A stretch of DNA of 64,000 bases, from NCBI GenBank assembly GCA_038207335.1, contig JBBQZX010000002.1, positions 32,001 to 96,000 of the forward strand, in the 5' to 3' direction. This DNA is from Chthoniobacterales bacterium (GTDB lineage Bacteria; Verrucomicrobiota; Verrucomicrobiia; Chthoniobacterales; Chthoniobacteraceae). Both the position numbers and the translations under genes were made by a program. How positions within the stretch are numbered: the stretch's first letter is position 1; each line of letters opens with the position of its first letter. The notes beneath the pieces are model-generated. The model had not been told where the DNA came from. It saw only the letters and a list, made by a program, of their open reading frames with translations, and searched no databases. Positions 27,466 to 37,097 of the stretch are shown piece after piece.

Positions 27466-27663
27466 ATGAAATGGGAATACTACACACTCTCGATCCCCGC
27501 CACCGGCTTCTTTGTCGGCGGCAAAGTGGACTTGAACAAACTCACCGAGAACCTCAACCAGCTCGGCCATGCGGGATGGGAACTCGTCTCCGTTTTCGAC
27601 ACTGCGATGGCGCAAGGAATGACGCGCGATGTGATCGCCGTCATGAAACGTCCGCTCGTGTAA
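27466..27663 (+). CDS. DUF4177 domain small protein
   Basis: 'MKWEY', 'LNQLG..GWELVSV', 'MKRP' pattern. Confidence 0.8.
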   Translation: MKWEYYTLSIPATGFFVGGKVDLNKLTENLNQLGHAGWELVSVFDTAMAQGMTRDVIAVMKRPLV

Positions 27664-27756
27664 ATCCGCACGGGCTGGCATCGCGCTGAACCGTAGCGCA
27701 CCGTCAAAACTTCTCCTCCCATTCCAGCGCCGCCTCGCTAGACTCCCCGCCCTTTT

Positions 27757-29580
27757 ATGTTCCGCACCACCACCTGCAACAGCCTGCGCGCTGCACACAT
27801 CGGCCAGACCGTCACGCTCGCGGGTTGGGTCAATTCACGTCGCGACCACGGCGGCGTCATCTTCATCGACCTCCGCGACCGCGATGGCCTCACGCAGGTC
27901 GTCTTCCGTCCCGAGGAAAATGCCGCCGTCGCCGAGGCCTCGCACACCCTCCGCGGCGAGGACGTCATCACGCTCACCGGCACCGTAGCCGCGCGCCTCC
28001 CCGGGAGCGAGAACGCGCGCCTTGCCACCGGCGAAATCGAAGTCGTCGCCACCTCCCTCACCGTCCTGAACAAAGCCGACGTTCCGCCCTTTCCCATCGA
28101 CACCGACGCGGGCAACGAAGACCTCCGCCTCAGCCACCGTTACCTCGACCTGCGCCGCCCCATGATGGCGCGCAATCTCAAGCTGCGGCACCGCGTCACC
28201 AAGACCATCCGCGACTACCTCGACGACGCTGGCTACTTGGAAATCGAGACGCCCATCTTGTCGAAATCCACGCCCGAAGGCGCGCGCGACTTCCTGGTAC
28301 CGTCGCGCCTCACGCCCGGCAGCTTTTACGCGCTCCCGCAGGCCCCGCAGCAGTACAAGCAACTGCTCATGGTGGCGGGCATGGACAAATATTTCCAAGT
28401 CGCCAAATGCTTCCGCGACGAAGACCTGCGCGCCGACCGGCAGCCGGAATTCACGCAGATCGACTTGGAGGCCTCGTTCATCGAGCAGGAAGATATTTTC
28501 ACCCTCCTCGAAGGCCTTCTCGCACGCGTCTTCAAAGTCGCGAAAGACATCGACATCTCCCTCCCCTTCCCGCGCCTCACCTATGCCGACGCGCTCAACC
28601 GCTTCGGCAGCGACAAGCCCGACACCCGCTTCGGCATGGAACTCGTCGCGATCGACGACGTCTTCGCCACCAGCCAGTTCAAAGTCTTTCGCGGCGCGCT
28701 CGACGCGGGCGGCTGCGTGAAGGCGATCAACGCCAAAGGATTCGCCAGCATCACCACCGGCCAGATCGAGGAGCTGACCACGATGGCAAAGCTTTTCGGC
28801 GCGAAAGGCCTCGCCTTCATCAAGATCGAAAACGGCGAGTGGAAATCGCCCATCGTCAAATTCTTCACCGACGCCGAACGCGCTGCGCTGAATGAAAAAA
28901 TGCAACTCGAAGAAGGCGACCTCCTGCTTTTCGGCGCGGACAAATGGGACATCGTCTGCGAAGTCCTCGGCCGCATCCGGCTGCGCGTCATGGAAATCCA
29001 GCGCGGCCAAAAGCGCGCAGGGCGCATGTTGCCCGGCGAGACGCTCCAGCCGCACCAGCACGACGACTTCGACGACAAACTGAACTTCCTCTGGGTCACC
29101 GATTTCCCACTCCTCGCGTTCAGTTCCGAGGACAACAAATGGAACGCCGTGCATCATCCCTTCACCCGCCCGCACGTCGACGACCTCGCGCTGCTCGAGG
29201 CCGGTGATTTTGCAAAAGTCCGCGCCGAGGCCTACGACGTCGTCCTGAATGGCGTCGAGATCGGCGGCGGCTCCATCCGAATCCACGAGCCCGCGTTGCA
29301 GTCGAAGATGTTCGACGTGCTCGGAGTCACCGGCGAGCAGCAGCAGGTCATGTTCGGGCATTTGCTGAAGGCGTTCAGCTTCGGCGCGCCGCCGCACGGC
29401 GGACTCGCGCTCGGGCTCGACCGCCTCATCATGCTCCTCTGCTCCGCCGAGAGCATCCGCGACGTCATCGCCTTTCCAAAAAACAACCGCGGCGTGGACC
29501 TGATGAGCACCTCCCCAAGCGAGGTCGATTTCAAGCAACTCCGCGAACTCTACATCCAAAGCACCGCGAAGAAGAGCTGA
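27757..29580 (+). CDS. aspS: Aspartate--tRNA ligase (probably non-discriminating)
   Basis: '[17 protein letters not shown]', '[14 protein letters not shown]', '[19 protein letters not shown]', GAD domain, 'HHPFT', 'GGGSIRIH', 'GAPPHGG..GLDR'. Confidence 0.97.
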   Translation: MFRTTTCNSLRAAHIGQTVTLAGWVNSRRDHGGVIFIDLRDRDGLTQVVFRPEENAAVAEASHTLRGEDVITLTGTVAARLPGSENARLATGEIEVVATSLTVLNKADVPPFPIDTDAGNEDLRLSHRYLDLRRPMMARNLKLRHRVTKTIRDYLDDAGYLEIETPILSKSTPEGARDFLVPSRLTPGSFYALPQAPQQYKQLLMVAGMDKYFQVAKCFRDEDLRADRQPEFTQIDLEASFIEQEDIFTLLEGLLARVFKVAKDIDISLPFPRLTYADALNRFGSDKPDTRFGMELVAIDDVFATSQFKVFRGALDAGGCVKAINAKGFASITTGQIEELTTMAKLFGAKGLAFIKIENGEWKSPIVKFFTDAERAALNEKMQLEEGDLLLFGADKWDIVCEVLGRIRLRVMEIQRGQKRAGRMLPGETLQPHQHDDFDDKLNFLWVTDFPLLAFSSEDNKWNAVHHPFTRPHVDDLALLEAGDFAKVRAEAYDVVLNGVEIGGGSIRIHEPALQSKMFDVLGVTGEQQQVMFGHLLKAFSFGAPPHGGLALGLDRLIMLLCSAESIRDVIAFPKNNRGVDLMSTSPSEVDFKQLRELYIQSTAKKS

Positions 29581-29642
29581 GCGGCAGGATCAGTCGAATT
29601 GAGACAACCGGCTCAAACGCCGCCACCGATTTCACCAACACT

Positions 29643-30014
29643 ATGATCGATCCCAACCTCGACCCGAACCTCCAACCCGAAGCCAACGACCTCCCTCATC
29701 GCGCGCAAGATGCGTGGTCTGACGCCTCCAATCGCGCAGAGCACGCCATGGAAGATGGCGTCCGGTATGCCCGCGAAAATCCGATCGTCGCGGTCGTTGG
29801 TGCCATTATCGCCGGCATCGTCATCGCGCTCCTCGTCTCGTCGCGCCGCGAGCCCACGGTCCGCGAGCGCTACATCGACGGGCCGCTCGATGACATCCAC
29901 GACCACCTCTCAAACCTCCGCGAGCAAGTTGGCGAAAAAGCCGACAAGCACTTTCACAAAACCGTTTCCGCCATCGAGCGCGCCATCAAACAAGCCCGCA
30001 AGGCGCTCTCGTAA
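29643..30014 (+). CDS. Small membrane protein, ElaB/YqjD (DUF883)-like
   Basis: 'YARENP' followed by a single TM 'VAVVGAIIAGIVIALLV-SRR'. Confidence 0.55.
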   Translation: MIDPNLDPNLQPEANDLPHRAQDAWSDASNRAEHAMEDGVRYARENPIVAVVGAIIAGIVIALLVSSRREPTVRERYIDGPLDDIHDHLSNLREQVGEKADKHFHKTVSAIERAIKQARKALS

Positions 30015-30018
30015 CTTT

Positions 30019-30040
30019 GTAACCGGGATCGACTCCCGGT
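30019..30040. repeat. Single REP-like hairpin between convergent genes
   Basis: gta-accggga-tcgac-tcccggt; resembles the gtagccgggatc.. unit at 35602. Confidence 0.4.
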
Positions 30041-30066
30041 CGCGACCGATTAGCAGCCCAACGAAT

Positions 30067-31329
30067 TTAGCGGGATTCGATCCGATAAAGGTGCGTTTTT
30101 GACCTCAGGAAAAGCGACTTCCCTGACACTGCCGGCGATGACATGAACCCGCCGTCGAGCTTGTTCTCCGCGATCAACTTGAATTCCCGCGCTGGAGCCA
30201 GCGCAGCAATTTTCCCCTCCTCGCTGCTCACATAGATTCGTCCATCCGCCATGAGTGGTGCTGCGGAATAATTTCCCTGCACTCGCTCCGACCACATCAC
30301 CTTGCCGGTCTTCGCCTCCACGCACGTCGCGATGCCGCCGTCGTTGATCATGTAAAGCAACGCACCGTCGAGGATGAGAGACGGCTTGTTCGGCGCACCT
30401 TTCTTCAAACGCCACGCCACCGGCTCAGTCACTGAGATTTGTCCATCAGCCGCGATCGGAATTGCGAGCACCTCGCCTTGCGAAAACCCGCACGAAATGA
30501 AGATCATCCCGTCGCCGAAAACCGGCCGCGTCGCCGCGCTGTGATGATTCGGATCATCCACGCGCCACAATTCCTTTCCCGTCGCGGGATCGTAGCCGTA
30601 GTGAGCCTTCGCACCGCTGCTGAGTAAAATCTGACGCCCTCCGACATTGATCACATGCGGCGTCGAAAACGCCTTTCTATAATCCCCTTCGCCACTGGGC
30701 TTTCCCTCCTTGTCGAAGTCCGCGTAATCCACAGAGCGGTCCGTTTTCCAAACCGTCTTCCCGGTCTTCTTGTCGAGCGCGACGATGAACTGAAAATCGC
30801 TCCCGTCGAAATTCATGATGAGCAAATCGCCCCAAACGATCGGTGAGGATCCCGCGCCGCGGTAGTGATTGCACACGAAGTCCGTGCGCTGCCACAGCAC
30901 CTTGCCCGTCTTCGTGTCGACGCACGCCGTGCCCGGAGAGCCGAAAGTCACATAAATCCGCCCCTCCTCGATCACAGGCGTCGGCGACGCATAGCTGTTG
31001 AATTTGTGGCAGAACTGCGGACTCGAGACGTGGAACAAAGTGTCGTCGCGCAGCACCTTGCCCGACTCTTTGTCGATGCCCATCACCGACAGTTCCGTCC
31101 CGTCCTCCGTCGCTGTGGTGAGCCAAATCTGTGAGCCCCAAATAACCGGCGAAGACCACCCTTTTCCATGAATCGCCGTCTTCCACTTCACATTCTCCGT
31201 CTCGCTGAACTGAGCCGGCAAGCCTGTCGCATCGGAATGCCCGTCGCCATCCGGCCCTCGAAATTGCGGCCAGTTTTCGGATGCGGCTGCGGTGAAGGCG
31301 AAAAGGACAAGAGAGAGAAAGAAACGCAT
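30067..31329 (-). CDS. PQQ-binding-like beta-propeller protein (BamB-like repeats)
   Basis: Signal peptide; 'NWPQFRGP', 'NVKWK', 'GWSSPV', repeated 'D.KTGK..W', 'SSPAVS'. Confidence 0.9.
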   Translation of the reverse strand: MRFFLSLVLFAFTAAASENWPQFRGPDGDGHSDATGLPAQFSETENVKWKTAIHGKGWSSPVIWGSQIWLTTATEDGTELSVMGIDKESGKVLRDDTLFHVSSPQFCHKFNSYASPTPVIEEGRIYVTFGSPGTACVDTKTGKVLWQRTDFVCNHYRGAGSSPIVWGDLLIMNFDGSDFQFIVALDKKTGKTVWKTDRSVDYADFDKEGKPSGEGDYRKAFSTPHVINVGGRQILLSSGAKAHYGYDPATGKELWRVDDPNHHSAATRPVFGDGMIFISCGFSQGEVLAIPIAADGQISVTEPVAWRLKKGAPNKPSLILDGALLYMINDGGIATCVEAKTGKVMWSERVQGNYSAAPLMADGRIYVSSEEGKIAALAPAREFKLIAENKLDGGFMSSPAVSGKSLFLRSKTHLYRIESR

Positions 31330-31385
31330 GGGATGGAGGGATTGTGTTTTGAAAAGATCGGGATTGCGGCGGGAAAATTAGACGA

Positions 31386-32174
31386 TCAATCGCCGCGCGT
31401 CGCAATGAGTCTCACGACTTCACCCGCGGCCGCGAAACCAAATGCGCCCGTCACAAACGTCGCCGTCCCGAACCCGCTCGAGCAGTCCAGCGACGAGTCG
31501 CTGCCGGGCTCGGGCGTGAGGCACGCGCTGCCATCCGACCAAGGATACACGGGCTTCTCCGGCGAATAGACGCATCGCACGCCGAACTCATTCCCATTCC
31601 CGCGTGGAAAATTACACTCGCGCCGCAGTTTCCGTCGCACCTGCCGCAATAGCTCGTCTTGGGTCGCATCCGCGAGATCGACCACCCTCACCGCACTCGC
31701 CTCGCGCCGCCCGCCCGCCCCGCCAACCGTAAGCACTGGAAGCCCGCAGGCTCTTGCTTTCACGATGATGAGACACTTGTGCGAAAGCTTGTCGATCGCA
31801 TCGACGACAAAATCGAACGCCGGTTCCAGCAGCTGATCCGCCGTTGCCGCCGTGAAAAATTGCGTTACCGCATTCACACGGCACGCCGGATTGATGAGCG
31901 CCACGCGCTCAGCGAGCACTGTCACTTTCGTCCGACCGATTTGCCCGTCGAGCGCGGGCAGTTGCCGGTTCACATTCGTCAGGCACACATCGTCGAGATC
32001 GATCATGGTAAGCGCTCCGACGCCCGAGCGCGCAAGCGCCTCCACAACCCACGACCCCACGCCTCCAACCCCGATCACGCAAACATGCGCCGCCCGCAGC
32101 CGCGCAAGGCCCGCGCTCCCGAAAAGCCGCGCGACCCCGCCGAACCGCGCCTTAAAATCCTCCTCCGCAGTCAC
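31386..32174 (-). CDS. tcdA: tRNA threonylcarbamoyladenosine dehydratase (ThiF family)
   Basis: 'RFGGVARLFG', 'GVGGVGSW..EALARSGVG', 'DLDDVC.TNVNRQ', 'DAID', 'VTGAFG'. GTG 32174 overlaps the upstream stop. Confidence 0.9.
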   Translation of the reverse strand: MTAEEDFKARFGGVARLFGSAGLARLRAAHVCVIGVGGVGSWVVEALARSGVGALTMIDLDDVCLTNVNRQLPALDGQIGRTKVTVLAERVALINPACRVNAVTQFFTAATADQLLEPAFDFVVDAIDKLSHKCLIIVKARACGLPVLTVGGAGGRREASAVRVVDLADATQDELLRQVRRKLRRECNFPRGNGNEFGVRCVYSPEKPVYPWSDGSACLTPEPGSDSSLDCSSGFGTATFVTGAFGFAAAGEVVRLIATRGD

Positions 32175-32974
32175 GCCTCCGGATCCGCCGCGACGTATGC
32201 CTCCAGCGCCTCGCGCGTAATCGTGTGCCGCGCGCCGCACCGCGGGCAGCTCATCCGCAGAGATGGCTCATTTTCAAACAATCCTTCCGCATCCCTCCGC
32301 ATGATCGGTGCGAGCACCGCAAACATCCGCGCCTGCGTGCAGCCGCACTCCCAACGGTAACGCCGCGTCTCCAGCAGGCTCAGCGTCTCGCTCGCATCGA
32401 GTTCGCGAATCCGCGCGTCATCGAGTGATTCCAGCCACTCCAAGTCGCACCCCGGCTGAGCCGTGAGCATGATGAAATCCTCCTCGCCGTGCCGGAAATA
32501 TCGAGCCGGCCGCTGCTCACTTTGCCGGTAAAACTCCTCCACGATTCCAAACGGATCGCTCCCCGAAAAATCGACCGCGCTCCGTCGCGCCTCCGCACGT
32601 CCATCGACCACATCGGCAAGGAAAAGATTGCGCCCATCGTCCCTCACATTCTCCGTGAAAATCTGTCCGACCACTGCCTCGCGCCCATTGTCCCCCGCGA
32701 CGAAAAGATTCAGCAGCGGATCGGTAAAATGGATCGTCCACGCCCAGGATTCGTTCCGCGGACGCGAGGCGCAGTGCAGCGTCATCGCCGCGAGCGCCTC
32801 CTTCAGCATCCCATCGTGACTCGGCGTGTGCTGATACCCGTGCTGTCCCTGATGCAGATAGTAATCGACATACAGCTCGCCGAAATCCGCGCGCGCCAGC
32901 AGGGCATTCCGACCGCGGACAAAGTATGTCCGCACCTCGATTCCTTCGGGTTCATTCGTCGGGTCGGGTGTCAT
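32171..32974 (-). CDS. hslO: Hsp33-family redox-regulated chaperone
   Basis: 'QSEQ' motif and zinc centre CGC...CPRC. Confidence 0.8.
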   Translation of the reverse strand: MTPDPTNEPEGIEVRTYFVRGRNALLARADFGELYVDYYLHQGQHGYQHTPSHDGMLKEALAAMTLHCASRPRNESWAWTIHFTDPLLNLFVAGDNGREAVVGQIFTENVRDDGRNLFLADVVDGRAEARRSAVDFSGSDPFGIVEEFYRQSEQRPARYFRHGEEDFIMLTAQPGCDLEWLESLDDARIRELDASETLSLLETRRYRWECGCTQARMFAVLAPIMRRDAEGLFENEPSLRMSCPRCGARHTITREALEAYVAADPEA

Positions 32975-33441
32975 TTATTCCAGCGCTGGAAAGGATTCGC
33001 GAGCAAGTTGGAGTTAAAATAACGCGGATCGCTCGTCACTTCCACCCCGACCCATTCGGGCAATTCCACCTGCTGATCTTCGCGCTCCAACTCGACCTCC
33101 GCGACCACGAGTCCCGCATTTTCCCCGAGAAATTCATCCACCTCCCAAGTCACATTTCCCATCGCGATCCGCGAACGCCGCTTCTCCATCTGAGGCTGAA
33201 TGCACAGCGTCTCCAGCATCTCCACGGCATCCTCGTGCGGGACCTCGACTTCGTATTCGCTCCGCACGATCCCAGTCGTGCGCCCCTTTACGGTGAGCCA
33301 CGCGCACCCGCCCGCCGTGCGCACGCGCACAACACATCGCGGCTCCCGCGCGAGATATCCCTGCCGGATGAGCACGGGCTCCGCCAGCCCCCGCCAGCCA
33401 TCGCCGACCACGAGGAATTTGCGTTCGATTTCCAGCGCCAT
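32971..33441 (-). CDS. CYTH domain protein (triphosphate tunnel metalloenzyme)
   Basis: 'EIERKFLV', 'IRQGYL', 'VRVR', 'LTVKG', 'WEVDEF.GEN.GL..AEVEL', 'RYFNSNL'. Confidence 0.92.
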   Translation of the reverse strand: MALEIERKFLVVGDGWRGLAEPVLIRQGYLAREPRCVVRVRTAGGCAWLTVKGRTTGIVRSEYEVEVPHEDAVEMLETLCIQPQMEKRRSRIAMGNVTWEVDEFLGENAGLVVAEVELEREDQQVELPEWVGVEVTSDPRYFNSNLLANPFQRWNK

Positions 33442-33447
33442 CCGACC

Positions 33448-34554
33448 TCACTTCACCATCGAGCGTCCGAGCACTTTCAAAATTGCGCGCTTCACCTCCA
33501 TCGCGTCGATCGCACCTTCCTGTTTGTAGAGCACTTCGCCTTTCGCGCCGAACAGCACGGTGTACGGCAGCGCGCCGCTCCACGATTTGTCGAACGCCTC
33601 GATGAGCTTGTATTTATCAGTGCTCCCGAAGATCAGATTCCGATTCGAGGCCTGCTGTTTCGTCAGAAATTTCAGAGCCTCTGCCTTCTCGTCCGGGTAA
33701 TTCGCTGACACGCTCACGAACTCGAAATCCCGACGCCGATACATGCGATTGATCTCCACGAGATCTGGAAATTCCGTCACGCACGGCCCGCACCAGGTCG
33801 CCCAAAAGTTCACGAGCCGCACCTTGCTTCCCTCCCCTTTTTTCAGCTCATCGAGCCCAGCCGCATCGACCGGTTCGAGCGTCACTGGTTCCTTCGCAAG
33901 CTTCTCCATGAACGCCTTCACCAGCTCCTCCTTGCCCGCCCATTTCGTCGAGCAGCCAAAAGATTTCGTCTGCGCGACCTCCGGCTCTTTGCCAGCGACC
34001 AGCGCATCGAGCGCCTCACGCAGGTCCTGCTTTTTCGCGAAAGTCTCGCGCTCGCTGTCGTCGATGCGCCCGACATATCGCAGCTTCCTCGCGGCATCGA
34101 AGACAAACGCATGAGGCGTCACCGCCGGCCCGTATGCCTGCGAGACGCGCTCCGTTTCGCCGTCGTAGAGGTAGGGGAAATTGAACGCCTTTTCCTTGGC
34201 GCGAGTTTTCATCTCATCGAACGAGTCGCCCAAATCGGTGTAGCCGAGTTCGTCGAGTCGCACGGATTTCGGATCGTTCGGCATGATCGCCACGACCGCG
34301 ACGCCCTTCGCCTTGTAGTCCTCGACGATCGCCTTCATCCGCTCCTCATACGCCTGCGCCGTCGGGCAATGGTTGCACGTGAAGACCACGACGAGCGCCT
34401 TCGCATCCGCGAAATCTTTCAGCGACCAATCACGCCCATCGACCCCCGGCAGCGTGAAATCCGGCGCAGGCGACCCGACCGCGAGCGTCGGGAATTCAGC
34501 GGCAAACGCGCCCGCGCCGCAAAGCGCGAGAAGGCAGAGGAGGAGGGCTTTCAT
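33448..34554 (-). CDS. Exported two-domain redoxin (thioredoxin-like + TlpA-like)
   Basis: Signal peptide; 'APDFTL', CNHCP, 'GCSTKW', second domain 'VNFWATWCGPC..EFP'. Confidence 0.85.
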   Translation of the reverse strand: MKALLLCLLALCGAGAFAAEFPTLAVGSPAPDFTLPGVDGRDWSLKDFADAKALVVVFTCNHCPTAQAYEERMKAIVEDYKAKGVAVVAIMPNDPKSVRLDELGYTDLGDSFDEMKTRAKEKAFNFPYLYDGETERVSQAYGPAVTPHAFVFDAARKLRYVGRIDDSERETFAKKQDLREALDALVAGKEPEVAQTKSFGCSTKWAGKEELVKAFMEKLAKEPVTLEPVDAAGLDELKKGEGSKVRLVNFWATWCGPCVTEFPDLVEINRMYRRRDFEFVSVSANYPDEKAEALKFLTKQQASNRNLIFGSTDKYKLIEAFDKSWSGALPYTVLFGAKGEVLYKQEGAIDAMEVKRAILKVLGRSMVK

Positions 34555-34670
34555 TTGGTGGAAAGGCAACGGGATTACAGGTGGAAGTCAATGCGAGCGG
34601 CAAAGTCATCCGGCCGCTCGCCGCTTGCGCACACGGCTCGGCGCTGGTTTCTTGCACGCACCTCCGCCGC

Positions 34671-34997
34671 ATGAAGATCGTTACCTACCTCCTCCTCGGC
34701 GCGTTGATTTTCGCGATCTTTCGCACAAACCACAGCCTCAAGTCGTGCCAGACCGAGCGCGAGCGAACATTCGTCATTCGCACGAATGCAGCGGTCTGGC
34801 TCGGCGGCTTTTTATTCCTTCTCGCTTTCATCATCCTGCCGAACAAAGCGCGCGCGTTAATGATGTTGCCCGCGCTTTTCATCGCGCTGAGCATCGCCAA
34901 ATCGTGGCGCGACTCCCGTGCCAGATTGCGCCGCGAGCAGCAGGAGCGCGTCGATCTGGAACGGATGAAACGCGTGCATTCGCCTCGCATTTTTTGA
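34671..34997 (+). CDS. Small hypothetical membrane protein (3 TM)
   Basis: ATG 34671; three hydrophobic segments and a basic tail; fills the gap before msrB. Confidence 0.55.
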   Translation: MKIVTYLLLGALIFAIFRTNHSLKSCQTERERTFVIRTNAAVWLGGFLFLLAFIILPNKARALMMLPALFIALSIAKSWRDSRARLRREQQERVDLERMKRVHSPRIF

Positions 34998-35029
34998 AAT
35001 AAAGCGCGCTGCTTGCGGCTCATGTCTCG

Positions 35030-35581
35030 GTGAACATCGCTGCCAAAACTGCTGCACTTTTTCTCGCCGCGCTCGGAGCCGCCGGCTGCCACGCCGAGAG
35101 CCCGAGACCGCAGCCCTACGCCGGCGGAAAACCAAAAGACCTCACGAAAATGGACGACTCCGAACTCCGCAAACAACTCACTCCCGAGCAATACCACGTC
35201 ACCCGCGAAAACGGCACCGAACCCGCGTTTCGTAACGAATACTGGGACAACCACGCGGCGGGAATTTACGTCGATGTCATCAGCGGCGAGCCGCTTTTCT
35301 CCTCCACCGCCAAATTTGAATCCGGCACCGGCTGGCCGAGTTTTTGGGAGCCGATCAAGAAGGAAGCCGTCGCGACGAAAGACGACAAAACGCTCTGGAT
35401 GACGCGCACGGAAGCGCGCGGAGCATCGAGCGACGCGCATCTCGGCCACGTCTTCCCCGATGGCCCAAAGCCGACAGGACTCCGCTACTGCATCAATTCC
35501 GCCGCGTTGAAATTTGTGCCGCTGGACAAGTTGAGAGAGGCCGGTCTCGAGCAATATCTGCCGCTTTTCGAGAAGAAATAG
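35030..35581 (+). CDS. msrB: Peptide-methionine (R)-S-oxide reductase, predicted lipoprotein
   Basis: 'LTPEQY.VT..GTEPAF', '[15 protein letters not shown]', '[10 protein letters not shown]', 'RYCINSAAL'; lipobox-like LGAAG|C. Confidence 0.95.
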   Translation: MNIAAKTAALFLAALGAAGCHAESPRPQPYAGGKPKDLTKMDDSELRKQLTPEQYHVTRENGTEPAFRNEYWDNHAAGIYVDVISGEPLFSSTAKFESGTGWPSFWEPIKKEAVATKDDKTLWMTRTEARGASSDAHLGHVFPDGPKPTGLRYCINSAALKFVPLDKLREAGLEQYLPLFEKK

Positions 35582-35601
35582 CACCATCGAAATCTTCGGT
35601 T

Positions 35602-35707
35602 GTAGCCGGGATCGCTGATCCCGACAGGCCTGAGCGGCAGCCACTGCGCTCAAGTTTTCATGGATTCTACGTGCTCGCTCCGCGCCGGGATCGGCAATGC
35701 CGACTAC
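35602..35707. repeat. GTAG-type REP inverted doublet
   Basis: gtagccgggatcgctgatcccgac (35602-35625) versus the reverse complement of 35684-35707 (gtagtcggcattgccgatcccggc), 19/24 identical. Confidence 0.65.
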
Positions 35708-35857
35708 GGTGCATCCCTGGGCGCGACGGAGTTTTCAGGGCCGCAGCCGATGCGAGGCACGAAATCTTCTCACGATGGCAACGATGCCCGCCAAATCTTC
35801 ATTTCATTTCATCACGAGCGCGATTGCAGGCGCGCGAGCGTGTGGAAAATTGTCGCC

Positions 35858-36997
35858 ATGAAATTCGCGCTCATTTCAGCCGTCTGCGCGGTCGCCGGTT
35901 TGCAGGGTGCGCGCGGCGCGGATTGGCCACTGACTCGCTTCGACGGGCGCGATTACGTTTCCCTAGAGAGCATCGCCACGTTTTATGGCTTCCCGGTGCC
36001 GCCAGTGATCAGCCAGTCGCCGGGAGCGGCGATCCCGGTTACAGCCTCGCCGCAGACTGCTGAGACGCCGGCGGCACCGACTCCGCCGTTACCAGCCACG
36101 GTTTCGTTGGACTCAGACAAGGCGCAGATGGAGCTCGGCCTGAACAGTCGCGAGATCGCGATCAATGGCGCAAAGCAGTGGCTCGCGTTTCCGACACATG
36201 TGCAGGATGGGCATGTCTTCGTCGCGCGGCTCGATCTTTCCAAGATCATCGAGCCGGGACTGCGCCCGGAGCGCATCCAAGGCCTTCAGCCGATCACAAC
36301 CATCGTGCTCGATCCCGGACACGGCGGGCAGGACAAAGGCGCAGTCTCGCGATACGGATACGAGAAAGATTTTGCGCTCGATGTCGCGTTGCGTGCTCGG
36401 GATTTTTTGCAAAAGCGCGGCTACCGAGTCGCAATGACGCGCTCCACCGATATTTTCATCCCACTCGATGAGCGTCCGAAGCTCGCGAAATCGCTGCCGG
36501 ATTCGATCTTCGTCAGCATCCATTTCAACGCGTCCGACGCAAATCACGACGCGCGCGGATTCGAAATTTTCTCGATGGCTCCGCGTGGCGCGCCGGCCAC
36601 GAACGACAACACATTCAGCGCGCGCCTGCTCCGCGAAGAGCCCGGAAACGCGAACGAAATTCCGAGTGCCGCGCTGGCAGGCGCCATCTACCACTCGCTG
36701 CTGGGCCATGTTCCGACGGTTGATCGCGGGCTGAAACACGCGCGCTTCGCCGTGCTGCGGCTCTCCACGGTGCCTGCAGTTTTGGTTGAATGCGGCTTTG
36801 TCACGAATGTGCCGGAGAGCGCGCAAATCGGTTCGCCCGCGTGGCGCGCTCGCGTAGCCGAGGCCATCGTGGACGGGATCGATGGCTACAAGGATTTGGC
36901 GGTGAACAAGCAGGCACCCAAGATCATCGCCGACTACCGCCGCGCCGCGACAAGCGGGCCAGCGTTACGGGAATTGCTCACGCCTGCGACGCCGTAA
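35858..36997 (+). CDS. N-acetylmuramoyl-L-alanine amidase (Amidase_3)
   Basis: Signal peptide from ATG 35858; 'IVLDPGHGGQD.GA', 'EK', 'MTR..D', 'FVSIHFNA', 'GFE', 'PAVLVECGF'. Confidence 0.92.
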   Translation: MKFALISAVCAVAGLQGARGADWPLTRFDGRDYVSLESIATFYGFPVPPVISQSPGAAIPVTASPQTAETPAAPTPPLPATVSLDSDKAQMELGLNSREIAINGAKQWLAFPTHVQDGHVFVARLDLSKIIEPGLRPERIQGLQPITTIVLDPGHGGQDKGAVSRYGYEKDFALDVALRARDFLQKRGYRVAMTRSTDIFIPLDERPKLAKSLPDSIFVSIHFNASDANHDARGFEIFSMAPRGAPATNDNTFSARLLREEPGNANEIPSAALAGAIYHSLLGHVPTVDRGLKHARFAVLRLSTVPAVLVECGFVTNVPESAQIGSPAWRARVAEAIVDGIDGYKDLAVNKQAPKIIADYRRAATSGPALRELLTPATP

Positions 36998-37097
36998 CGC
37001 CCTGCGTGCGCGACTCTTCTCCGCAGAGCGCGCCTTCTTGCGCGGGAGAGCGCGCCTTCTTGCACGGCTTCGCCTCCCCTCACCCAAACCGCGCGAA

